Origin: Gammaproteobacteria bacterium
GTDB lineage: Bacteria > Pseudomonadota > Gammaproteobacteria > Eutrophobiales > Eutrophobiaceae
Assembly: GCA_965222155.1 (NCBI GenBank)
Contig: CBDCTH010000010.1
Location: 32,001 to 96,000, forward strand
Direction of reading: 5' to 3'
Length of the DNA: 64,000 nucleotides
Made by a program: the position numbers and the translations under genes. The notes under the pieces were generated by a model, which worked only from the letters and a program-made list of their open reading frames with translations, was not told the DNA's origin and made no database searches. The number at the start of each line of letters is the position of its first letter. The first letter of the stretch is position 1. Positions 29,793 through 38,331 of this stretch are shown here, in pieces.

Positions 29793-31334
29793 TTATCCCG
29801 GCGCTTTGGATACCTCCGCGAATAACATGTTCACGTGTCTCCGCTCAGGACGTCGCCTATTCGTAAATTGACTAACGAGAAGATAGACAAGAACGGAAAT
29901 AATAAAAGCGGGGATCACTTCGTGAATGTCCTGCAACACGGGGAACTGAAAGCGGAAAGCGAAACGCCAGATCACGCAACTCAGTATGCCGACCAGCATG
30001 GATGCCAGTGCTCCCATGTCGGTACCCCAACGCAGATAGAGTCCACCGAATATCGCCGGGAAGAAACTGGCTGCAAATACCGCCCCGGAAAATGCAGTAA
30101 GTTCGACTATACCGGCCGGCGGATAGAGGGTGAATACATACAGCAGAATACTGTAGCCAAAAATTGCCCCTTTGGTCCGCGGCACCAGTTTGCTCTTTTC
30201 CATGGGTTTTGAAACGTGCCAGATATCCTGAATGAAGGCGGTGCCGACAATAAGCATGACTGATGCCAGCGATGACATGCCGGCGGCGAACAGTCCTGCC
30301 ACGCAGATACCGCTTATCCACGGATCATCGAACTTTGCCAGCATAAATCCCACAACCTCGTCTGTGTGCTGCACCAGGTAAGCGGCTTCCTGTTCCGTCG
30401 CCATGCCGTGTACCAGCGCACCCAGCCCCATCACGCAGATCAGGGAGATGCCGAGAAAAACAGGTGTCCAGATCATGGCAAACTTCATGCTGCGGGCATT
30501 GTCGATGGAATAAAATCGAATCAGGCAACGTGGTTCTGCGATTTGTTTCATCCCTACCGCAAGACCGATACCGAGGATATAAAAGAATGAGACCAACTGT
30601 CCAAAAGTAACCAGCCCGTTGCCCATGGGTTGTCCGAAACGATCCGGATGTGTCGTATCGGCAATTCGGCCCATGAGTTCAACCGGTCCTCCGACATAGA
30701 TGACAGGCAACATGACGAGGATGATGGCCACGGCGAACATTATAATCCCCTGGATGGCATCAGTCCATAATACGCCGTACATGCCACCCCAGATAGTGTA
30801 AGAGGCGGTTATCAGGATCATAAGCGCCGTGCCCCACGCATAAGGTACGTCGAGTACTGCGGTTAATACATGACCCAGCCCCTTGGTAATGCCCACCATG
30901 TACCAGAGCGTGGCAAACAGAATGACCACGGCGGACAACACCCGGATCGACTTTGATAATGAGGATTTATAACGCAGATGAAAATAATCGGGAATGGTAT
31001 AGGAACCAAGCAGCGCAGTCTGGTTGCGCATCCGGGGACCCAGCACCAGCCAGGAAATGACGCAGAAGATCGCCCAGAACAGTCCGACCCAGGCCCAGGA
31101 CAACCCATATTGAAAGGCCTTGCCGGCCTGCCCTATGTAGGTGTTGGTGCTGGCAAAGGTAGAGAAAAATGCAAGTGAGACAACCCAGCCGGGGATTTCC
31201 CGTTTGGCGACGTAAAAGGCCTTTACGCCTGCAGCCGCCCTGCTCTTAAAATACCAGCCGACAGCCAGGCAAAAAGCAAGGTACAGAACCATCAAGCCAA
31301 GGATAGGGGCATGTCCGGTCAGGTAGTCGCTCAC
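29793..31334 (-). CDS. Sodium:solute symporter (SSS family)
   Basis: ~13 TM; FSTFASTNTYIG, TIPDYFHLRY, GGMYGVLWTDAIQG, AAGMSS. Confidence 0.9.
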   Translation of the reverse strand: MSDYLTGHAPILGLMVLYLAFCLAVGWYFKSRAAAGVKAFYVAKREIPGWVVSLAFFSTFASTNTYIGQAGKAFQYGLSWAWVGLFWAIFCVISWLVLGPRMRNQTALLGSYTIPDYFHLRYKSSLSKSIRVLSAVVILFATLWYMVGITKGLGHVLTAVLDVPYAWGTALMILITASYTIWGGMYGVLWTDAIQGIIMFAVAIILVMLPVIYVGGPVELMGRIADTTHPDRFGQPMGNGLVTFGQLVSFFYILGIGLAVGMKQIAEPRCLIRFYSIDNARSMKFAMIWTPVFLGISLICVMGLGALVHGMATEQEAAYLVQHTDEVVGFMLAKFDDPWISGICVAGLFAAGMSSLASVMLIVGTAFIQDIWHVSKPMEKSKLVPRTKGAIFGYSILLYVFTLYPPAGIVELTAFSGAVFAASFFPAIFGGLYLRWGTDMGALASMLVGILSCVIWRFAFRFQFPVLQDIHEVIPAFIISVLVYLLVSQFTNRRRPERRHVNMLFAEVSKAPG

Positions 31335-31465
31335 TTCCTCCCGCCCTCGTCTTCGTCTTCCTCCGGCTGTTCGCTTATGTGAATTGTCATACGGGAAACA
31401 ATCAGGGCATTGACGATGATGACAATGATTATTCCCCAGTAGGGGAAGGCAGTCAGTAGATCCAT
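31331..31465 (-). CDS. 44-aa single-TM peptide coupled to the SSS gene (not in ORF track)
   Basis: MDLLTAFPYWGIIIVIIVNALIVSRMTIHISEQPEEDEDEGGRK*; stop overlaps the SSS start (GTGA). Confidence 0.7.
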   Translation of the reverse strand: MDLLTAFPYWGIIIVIIVNALIVSRMTIHISEQPEEDEDEGGRK

Positions 31466-31787
31466 GAGCTTATCAATACCATGACTAAAATAAGGAATTC
31501 CGGGTTTCGGATCAGTGCGGTTTGGCTGAACTGTAAAATTGAATAATCGCTCCGTCCGGGGCCTTTACCGTAGCGGTCACGAGATTGAAGCCGGCACACA
31601 GGATCAATAACAATAACTTTTTCATGTATGGTGGAAACAGCAGGAATTGGTTGTGAAATACCTTAGTCAATAACTTGTTCGTTTCCAGTTTAAAGGGATA
31701 GCATGGGAAAGAACAGTGAAAATCTTCTCGGTGACAGGGATTGTGTCGCCGGTAGCGATGTGGGCATCCGCTGACGGCTCCTCTGTC

Positions 31788-31860
31788 GTCATACCGGACT
31801 TGACCCGGTATCCAGTCTGATACTATGTCGCTGGAGGCGACCCATTGTTTCACTGGATTT
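31788..31860. repeat. REP-like doublet, right arm truncated
   Basis: GTCATACCGGACTTGACCCGGTATCCAG-core-CTGGATT. Confidence 0.65.
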
Positions 31861-32034
31861 ACATCCTTTTACAATTGCCTGTACTGTTCAGGACAACGGC
31901 GCAATATTATGGTCCCCCGGGTCCGGAGGCTGTCGTATTGGGGTGAGATTTCAGAGGGTCTTGCGCCGGAACTGGCTTTTTCAGGGAAACTACCTTGGCC
32001 TTTTATATCGGCAGCTAAAAAACAGAGAGCAAAT

Positions 32035-32460
32035 ATTGGCGCGCGTGAGATCAGACGGCTGGCGCGGGAATATGCTGAAACTCAACCGGCGGTTATCCGT
32101 GTCGGTGTGGGCGCAGAGCGTTATCCCGGTGGTGGACAGGGCATCCGCGCAGTTGATTGTTTGCTGGCGCTGGTCGGGGCCTGGCGTCATGTGGGTGGCG
32201 GCGTTTTACAGATGCTGGTATTCGTGCCGGTGCGTTTTGATATTTTGTCCAGACCGGACTGGGTCAATGCGGAGACACGGGCTGTTAATCTGGCAGATAT
32301 CGGCAATGTTTTGAGCCCCGAGTCCAGTTTGGAGCCGCCGGTCAAATCGCTGTTTATCTGGAATGCCAACCCCCTGTCACAGGCGCCTGACAGTAACCTC
32401 GTTGAACAGCGGCGCGCCGGTCTACTACGATACGAACATCAATATAAAAAGGCTTTATCT
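32035..32460 (+). pseudogene. Fragment of a second molybdopterin oxidoreductase
   Basis: IRRLAREYA...LVGAWRHVGGG...LFIWNANPLSQAPDSN, then in another frame GAPVYYDTNI (C-terminal-like); no N-terminus. Confidence 0.65.
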
Positions 32461-33207
32461 CGCTTTGAGAAAACCCGGCATGTCGTAACCTGCCAGTCCT
32501 TTAATTTCCGGCGGCGGCCAGGTTCGTTTACTGTGACTGAGACCGGTTTTAACCAGAGCATCGGCCATATGTACCGTCAACGGGATGGGATCAATGACAG
32601 GCACGTCTAATCCGGCTTCTAATAACCCCCTGCGCATGGCTACCGCAAAGCCCAGAAAACCAGTACAACCGAGGATTAACGCGTCTGCACCGTCTTGCTG
32701 TACGGAACATATTGCTTTTTCCGTTAATGCCTCGTTGAGTTTTGCCGGATCATGGCTGATTTCCAATACGGGTATGTCAACAGCCTGGAAGGAAACATAA
32801 TTAGTATTAAGCCCGTATTTTGACGCCATGTTGTCAATCATGGGACGCAAGCGGTCCAATACCGTGATAAAACCAAAACGGTGAGCCAGCAGACTGGCCG
32901 TATGCATCACGGTTTGACAGGGGCCGAGCACGGGAATGGACACGACCTCACGACAGGCGTCCAACCCCGGGTCACCCATGCAGTCAATAACGATGGCGTG
33001 TGCGCCATCCCGTTGTGCTTCTATGGCCTTTCTAATGGTATCGGGAATGCTCAGCGCCTCATCGAATTCGGATTCTATCGACGCGGGACCTTTATCGAGG
33101 AGGGAATGCCGCACTTCAAGGTCCGGACGTTCCAGTTCCCTGACATCGTCCAGTTGCCGAATACCTTTTGTTATGATGGGAGTAATTAATTGAATAATTT
33201 TTTTCAT
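32455..33207 (-). CDS. Asp/Glu/hydantoin racemase family protein
   Basis: GPASIE, IDCMGDPG, ILGCTG (two catalytic Cys). Confidence 0.88.
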   Translation of the reverse strand: MKKIIQLITPIITKGIRQLDDVRELERPDLEVRHSLLDKGPASIESEFDEALSIPDTIRKAIEAQRDGAHAIVIDCMGDPGLDACREVVSIPVLGPCQTVMHTASLLAHRFGFITVLDRLRPMIDNMASKYGLNTNYVSFQAVDIPVLEISHDPAKLNEALTEKAICSVQQDGADALILGCTGFLGFAVAMRRGLLEAGLDVPVIDPIPLTVHMADALVKTGLSHSKRTWPPPEIKGLAGYDMPGFLKAR

Positions 33208-33216
33208 AGTGAGACG

Positions 33217-35370
33217 CTACCAGTTCAAATCCACACTTATGCCATAGGTTGCAGGCAGACCATAGTTCTCACCGAAGCCAACTGATGATGTCAATACCTG
33301 GGTACGATAAACCTCATCGGTAATGTTTCTACCCCACAAATGAACCCCCCACCTTCCAGTGGCGGAACTGATGCCCGCCCGCGCGTTCGTTATCCAATAT
33401 CCGTCTTCCAGGGTTTCCATCGGCTGGTTGACAATATCGTAGGAGACATCATCTTTATAGGACGTATCCAACATAATGTCAGCTACCAGACCTGGGGTAA
33501 GATTCCATTGGTACTTGACACCGGCATTAAAATTCACGTCAGGCGAGTTTGGCAGATCACTTCCTTCAGCCACATTGGGAACAAACGAATCCGTAATTTC
33601 AGTATCAAGCAATCCCAAACCCAAGCGTATATCGAGACCTGCAGCCACCCGCCATAATAAATCAAATTCCGCACCATACACTTCCGCATCACCGGCATTG
33701 GTGATGCCAAATAATGGGCCAAGTAATTCATGTTGAAAAATAGGCCCATAAATTTGCACGCCTTCGTAATCATAGAAGAACGCGGAGATATTAAATTGCA
33801 GACTATTGTTTAATAGTTGTATTTTGGCACCAATTTCATACGCGCTGACAAGTTCTTTATCGAAGGCCTGAAGATCAGCGGGGTTGAATGTGAGTTGTCC
33901 CTGAAAATTGCCTGATTTAAAACCCCGACTAAAGCTGGCGTACAATAAGGTGTTTTCAAACCCGGTAAAATCAATACCCGCTTTCCCCGATAAGTTTGAT
34001 ACGCTGTAATCATTGCTGATCGGGGCAAAAACCTGGACCTCTGCCTCACCAAATCTCAGGAAAGTGAATGCATCATTGAATTCCTTGTCCTCTTCCGTAT
34101 AACGTAGCCCGGCAATAACCTTCCAGTTCTCATGGAACTGCCATTCAGCGTGGCCGAATACGGCGTATGAATCCGCTTCCTGGTTATATTCATTACCAAC
34201 TGCATCCGCGGGGACACCCAGCAAGGGCAGTAGAGCGGAGGCATCAAAATTATCCCGCGTTGACACTTCATCACGGCCGTAAAATACGCCGCCAATGAGC
34301 ACATACTCGTCCTTCACGTAAGTCAAGCGTAGTTCCTGTGAAACCTGCTCAATATTATTGAGAAACAGACCATCCAGATGAACCAGGATAGTACCGTCCC
34401 TGTCCTCATCATGACTACGCTCATAATCTTCGTAGCCGGTTACCGATGCCAACGTCAAATCTTCTGAAATATGCCAGTTGACGGCTAGCGATGCGCCGTA
34501 GCTTTCATTATCCAACAGCGTATCATTGCCGGCGGATGAACTGAACGGATCGGCAATACCGTCATCAACAGGCGTAAGTGCATTATCGACTTTAACCAGG
34601 AGGGTATCCGAATTATCAAAACCTCCATGCACATTGATAAAAATATCCAGGTCTTCAGATGGCTGCCAGTTCAACAGGGCGCGCCAGGCGGTGCGATCAA
34701 TTTCGCCCACCTTATCACCGGTTGCCCGGTTTAACTGAAAACCGTCGTTGCGCTGGGAAGTCTGTACGGCAGCCCGGCCTGTCAGTCCTTCCGCTATCTG
34801 GCCGCCTATGGCGCCTTCCAGGATGAAATGATCATAGCGGCCATAATCAGCAGACAGGTAACCTTCAAATTCTTTCGTTGGTTTCTTACTGATAAATTTC
34901 ACGGCCCCGGCAGTGGTATTTCGACCATATAGGGTTCCCTGCGGCCCTTTCAGCACCTCGACACGTTCCATATCAAATAACTGAAACGTAAGCATCGCCG
35001 GTGATACCAGGTAGACCTCATCGATGTAGATACCGGCTGCCGGGTTATTGTTGACGGCATAGTCGTTCAATCCAAGACCGCGAATACTGACGTTCGTTAT
35101 GCTGTTGCCGAATGTTTCATTGATGTTGAGATTCGGAGTCTGCGCGGCAAGATCAACCGGCTGGCCCAACCGCTGTTCACGAATATCATCCCCTGTAAAT
35201 ACCGTCACAGCCACACTGACGTCATTCAGGTTTTGTTCCCGCTTTTGCGCGGTAACGATAATCTCTTCAATCTGTAGCGTTGTGTCTTGTGCTGTAAGAT
35301 TGGTCGCCCACGCAAATGCAATTGTCCATGTAATCATATGTGTTATTGCCTTATTAACTGCTGGTTTCAT
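33217..35370 (-). CDS. TonB-dependent receptor
   Basis: Signal peptide, IEEIIVTAQKREQ, RVEVLKGPQGTLYGRN, C-terminal aromatic W. Confidence 0.93.
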   Translation of the reverse strand: MKPAVNKAITHMITWTIAFAWATNLTAQDTTLQIEEIIVTAQKREQNLNDVSVAVTVFTGDDIREQRLGQPVDLAAQTPNLNINETFGNSITNVSIRGLGLNDYAVNNNPAAGIYIDEVYLVSPAMLTFQLFDMERVEVLKGPQGTLYGRNTTAGAVKFISKKPTKEFEGYLSADYGRYDHFILEGAIGGQIAEGLTGRAAVQTSQRNDGFQLNRATGDKVGEIDRTAWRALLNWQPSEDLDIFINVHGGFDNSDTLLVKVDNALTPVDDGIADPFSSSAGNDTLLDNESYGASLAVNWHISEDLTLASVTGYEDYERSHDEDRDGTILVHLDGLFLNNIEQVSQELRLTYVKDEYVLIGGVFYGRDEVSTRDNFDASALLPLLGVPADAVGNEYNQEADSYAVFGHAEWQFHENWKVIAGLRYTEEDKEFNDAFTFLRFGEAEVQVFAPISNDYSVSNLSGKAGIDFTGFENTLLYASFSRGFKSGNFQGQLTFNPADLQAFDKELVSAYEIGAKIQLLNNSLQFNISAFFYDYEGVQIYGPIFQHELLGPLFGITNAGDAEVYGAEFDLLWRVAAGLDIRLGLGLLDTEITDSFVPNVAEGSDLPNSPDVNFNAGVKYQWNLTPGLVADIMLDTSYKDDVSYDIVNQPMETLEDGYWITNARAGISSATGRWGVHLWGRNITDEVYRTQVLTSSVGFGENYGLPATYGISVDLNW

Positions 35371-35396
35371 TTCACGTACCCCCTATATTAAAGCTG

Positions 35397-36527
35397 TCAT
35401 TTCAGGCTGCCTAATTTTTCAATCGGAATAAAATCTTCATCCAGACCAAAGGCCTGCGGGCCGAACACAGCCAGACATTCGGGCCTTCTCATGATGGGTG
35501 CGGCGCTGGTTCCAATGACCTTGACCCGTTGACCATATTTCATAGCCTCAACCGTTACAGGCCGGCATGTTTCCCTGTCCACAATGCAAATCAGGTCCGG
35601 GACGACGGCGACTGTTTTCCCATCAATACGCGCAACCAGATTTTCGTTCTGGAACAGGATATTCATGTGTTGTGCGCTACCATCAAGCGCATCAAGCTCA
35701 CACTGTCCCATGGAAAACCCCTTCGCCGTTTCCCTTCTCAGATCAGTTATCTTTCCGTCAAACAATACCTTGCAGTGGTTGTAGTATTCAGTGGATCGCA
35801 AATAAGCAAGCAAGGTCTCGATGGGTTCACCTTCCATCCTGCCCCGCGAGATAGCGCGGCCAACACCCAGTGCAAGGGTTAACGTTCCCTTTACCCCATA
35901 ATTCTTAACCTGGCGCCCGGTCATGGGATAACAGGAAATCATGACACTCAGTCCCATCTGGATAGCGGCGGCGCGAATTAAATCTTCTGCACGCTTCCCG
36001 TTATTCGTTTCAACAATGACCGTCTCAAGGTGTTCATCGACAATAACCGCAGGTGTGACTGATACCCCATAGACACTGAACGTGACCATTTGTAATTCCG
36101 GGAAAGCCCGCCCCATTCCATCACAATTCACCAGCGGCAAACCCAAACGCGCGGCGGCAACGACAGGGATCATGGAATTGATGCCGCCTATTTCGATCGG
36201 GCAGATCGCGTCCGGCCGGCGACCCACAAGCCGTGCAAGCCGTTCAACGGAATAATCAATATCCTCACCGGACGCGGCTTTCTCCACCAGGACCGTCGGC
36301 GCGCCCAGCATGGCCGCAGGTAGAACAGTCGCATCATCATCCAGTTCATCGACATCGATAATTTCCGGTTCCCCGTATTCCTCAATGGCATGCTTTGCCA
36401 TCAACCGGCCGATATAAGGGTCGCCGCCGCCGCCTGTTCCGAGAAACGCCGCCCCCTGGGCTAAATCCTCCAGATCCTCTACAGTGATAAACAGGCTCCG
36501 ATCGGTTGTTGCCGCGACATTCAGCAT
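35397..36527 (-). CDS. DUF917 family protein
   Basis: LGTGGGGDP, MLGAPTV, EIGGINS, DGMGRAFPELQM, FQNENL, VPDLIC. Confidence 0.88.
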   Translation of the reverse strand: MLNVAATTDRSLFITVEDLEDLAQGAAFLGTGGGGDPYIGRLMAKHAIEEYGEPEIIDVDELDDDATVLPAAMLGAPTVLVEKAASGEDIDYSVERLARLVGRRPDAICPIEIGGINSMIPVVAAARLGLPLVNCDGMGRAFPELQMVTFSVYGVSVTPAVIVDEHLETVIVETNNGKRAEDLIRAAAIQMGLSVMISCYPMTGRQVKNYGVKGTLTLALGVGRAISRGRMEGEPIETLLAYLRSTEYYNHCKVLFDGKITDLRRETAKGFSMGQCELDALDGSAQHMNILFQNENLVARIDGKTVAVVPDLICIVDRETCRPVTVEAMKYGQRVKVIGTSAAPIMRRPECLAVFGPQAFGLDEDFIPIEKLGSLK

Positions 36528-38104
36528 ACGTACAACTCTCCAGCCGCTTTTGCGCGGATACGCACAGCGCTGGCCGGCATATAGGCAAGCGGCATCTCCT
36601 CAAAATCTATAATTTCAATGCTGTTTTCATCAGCTCCGGCATTCCTGGCCTGGTTGGCGGCTTCCGCTCGCGCATTTTTTACGGCTTCCTCACGCGTGAT
36701 TTGCTCATAGGAATAGACTTTGTTGATTTCCCCGCCGACCTGGGCAATAGAGGCCCCAATCGCATTCGCCACCTGCGCATGCTGCGGGACTATAACTTCA
36801 GTCGTGCCGGCAATATGTTCCCGGATCAGAATTGACCCGCCTCCGACCAGGATTAAGGGTAACGGCTCGGCGTTCGTTTTCATGCGGTCCACGCATTCTT
36901 CCACTGTCCTGTGCATGACGCTCGCCGTTTCCCGTATCAATGACTTGGGCAGGTTGGCAACGGCAATAGGATCACCGATCTCAACGAAGCCCGCGGCAAC
37001 TGCAATATCTGTAGCCGTCAGTTGATTTCCACCGAATACCTGCGCCTCTTCCACCAGGCGATAACCGACTGATCGTGGACCGATCCTGACTTTTCCATTT
37101 TGACTGACGAGGCTGCCACCCCCTAGTCCGACGGACAGTATATCCGGCATGCGAAAATTGGTGCGTACGCTACCCACGTCTATGGCAACACCGGATTCTC
37201 GCGGAAAACCATTGACCAGGACGCCGATATCAGTTGTGGTGCCGCCGATATCCACAACCAGCGCATCCTTAAGTCCGGACAGATAAGCCGCACCGCGAAT
37301 ACTGTTGGTCGGGCCGGAAGCAAAGGTCAAAACCGGGTATTTTTCAACGAATTCGGCGCTCATCAAGGTTCCGTCATTCTGGCTGATATAAAACGGCGCC
37401 TTTATATTGAGCTCAGTCAAAGCCCGTTCAAACGAAGCAACGAAGCTGGCGCTTAAACCGGCCAGACTCGCATTGATGATCGCAGCATTTTCCCGTTCCA
37501 GTAAACCGATGCGGCCGATACGAGATGATAAGGTGACTGACGCGTCCGGTAGTTCATTCAATAGGATTTCCCCGGCGCGCTCTTCCATAGCGCTGTTTAC
37601 GGGTGAAAATACACCACTGACGGCGACCGTCCGTATCCCTTTTGCATGCATATCTTTTGCAGCGGAAGCAATCGCATTTTCATCCAGTTTGGAAATCGGC
37701 CTCCCGTCGAACTCATATCCGCCCGCTACCATGTAGTGATGCTTTCCTATCACTGCAGCAATGTCATCGGGCCAGTCGACCATGGGAGGCACGCCACGCG
37801 TGGCAGGCAAAGCCAGACGTATCACCCCCACTTCCTGCAAATGCTTACGCTCGACAAAGGCATTGGTGAAATGAGTGGTGCCCATCATGACGGCCTGAAT
37901 ATCTTCCGCTGCAATCCGTGACATATTGAGCACGTTCCTGACAGCCGTAATGATCCCTTCATCGACATTCCCGCCGGTAGGCACCTTATGTACGGCCTTC
38001 ACCTTTTGCCCGTGCATCAATACGGCGTCCGTATTGGTACCGCCTACATCTACGCCAATTCTGATAATTGCAATTTCCTCCAAGTGATCTGAAAACCAGG
38101 ACAT
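36521..38104 (-). CDS. Hydantoinase/oxoprolinase A-family protein (start uncertain: 38104 ATG, 38083 TTG or 38068 ATT)
   Basis: RIGVDVGGTNTD, GTTHFTNA, GLLERENA, SGPTNSIRGA, DIGGTTTD, ANAIGA. Confidence 0.88.
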   Translation of the reverse strand: MSWFSDHLEEIAIIRIGVDVGGTNTDAVLMHGQKVKAVHKVPTGGNVDEGIITAVRNVLNMSRIAAEDIQAVMMGTTHFTNAFVERKHLQEVGVIRLALPATRGVPPMVDWPDDIAAVIGKHHYMVAGGYEFDGRPISKLDENAIASAAKDMHAKGIRTVAVSGVFSPVNSAMEERAGEILLNELPDASVTLSSRIGRIGLLERENAAIINASLAGLSASFVASFERALTELNIKAPFYISQNDGTLMSAEFVEKYPVLTFASGPTNSIRGAAYLSGLKDALVVDIGGTTTDIGVLVNGFPRESGVAIDVGSVRTNFRMPDILSVGLGGGSLVSQNGKVRIGPRSVGYRLVEEAQVFGGNQLTATDIAVAAGFVEIGDPIAVANLPKSLIRETASVMHRTVEECVDRMKTNAEPLPLILVGGGSILIREHIAGTTEVIVPQHAQVANAIGASIAQVGGEINKVYSYEQITREEAVKNARAEAANQARNAGADENSIEIIDFEEMPLAYMPASAVRIRAKAAGELYVC

Positions 38105-38331
38105 CTCTATTTTTCGCACTAAAACAACCCGGAAGACCCAGGGCTCCTCCGCGAAAGAAGTTTTAACTCAGATTAGTCAATTTCCATCTGAAATCACTTG
38201 GTGTGAAGTGTGGTTTGCCGGTTTAATTGAGTAGTCCCACTTTTTGCTTGTGAATTGGCTACCTGCACGAACGGGTAGGTCAATACCAAGTCCTATTGAC
38301 AGGTTGCGAACATGAACTTAATGTAAGTTCC

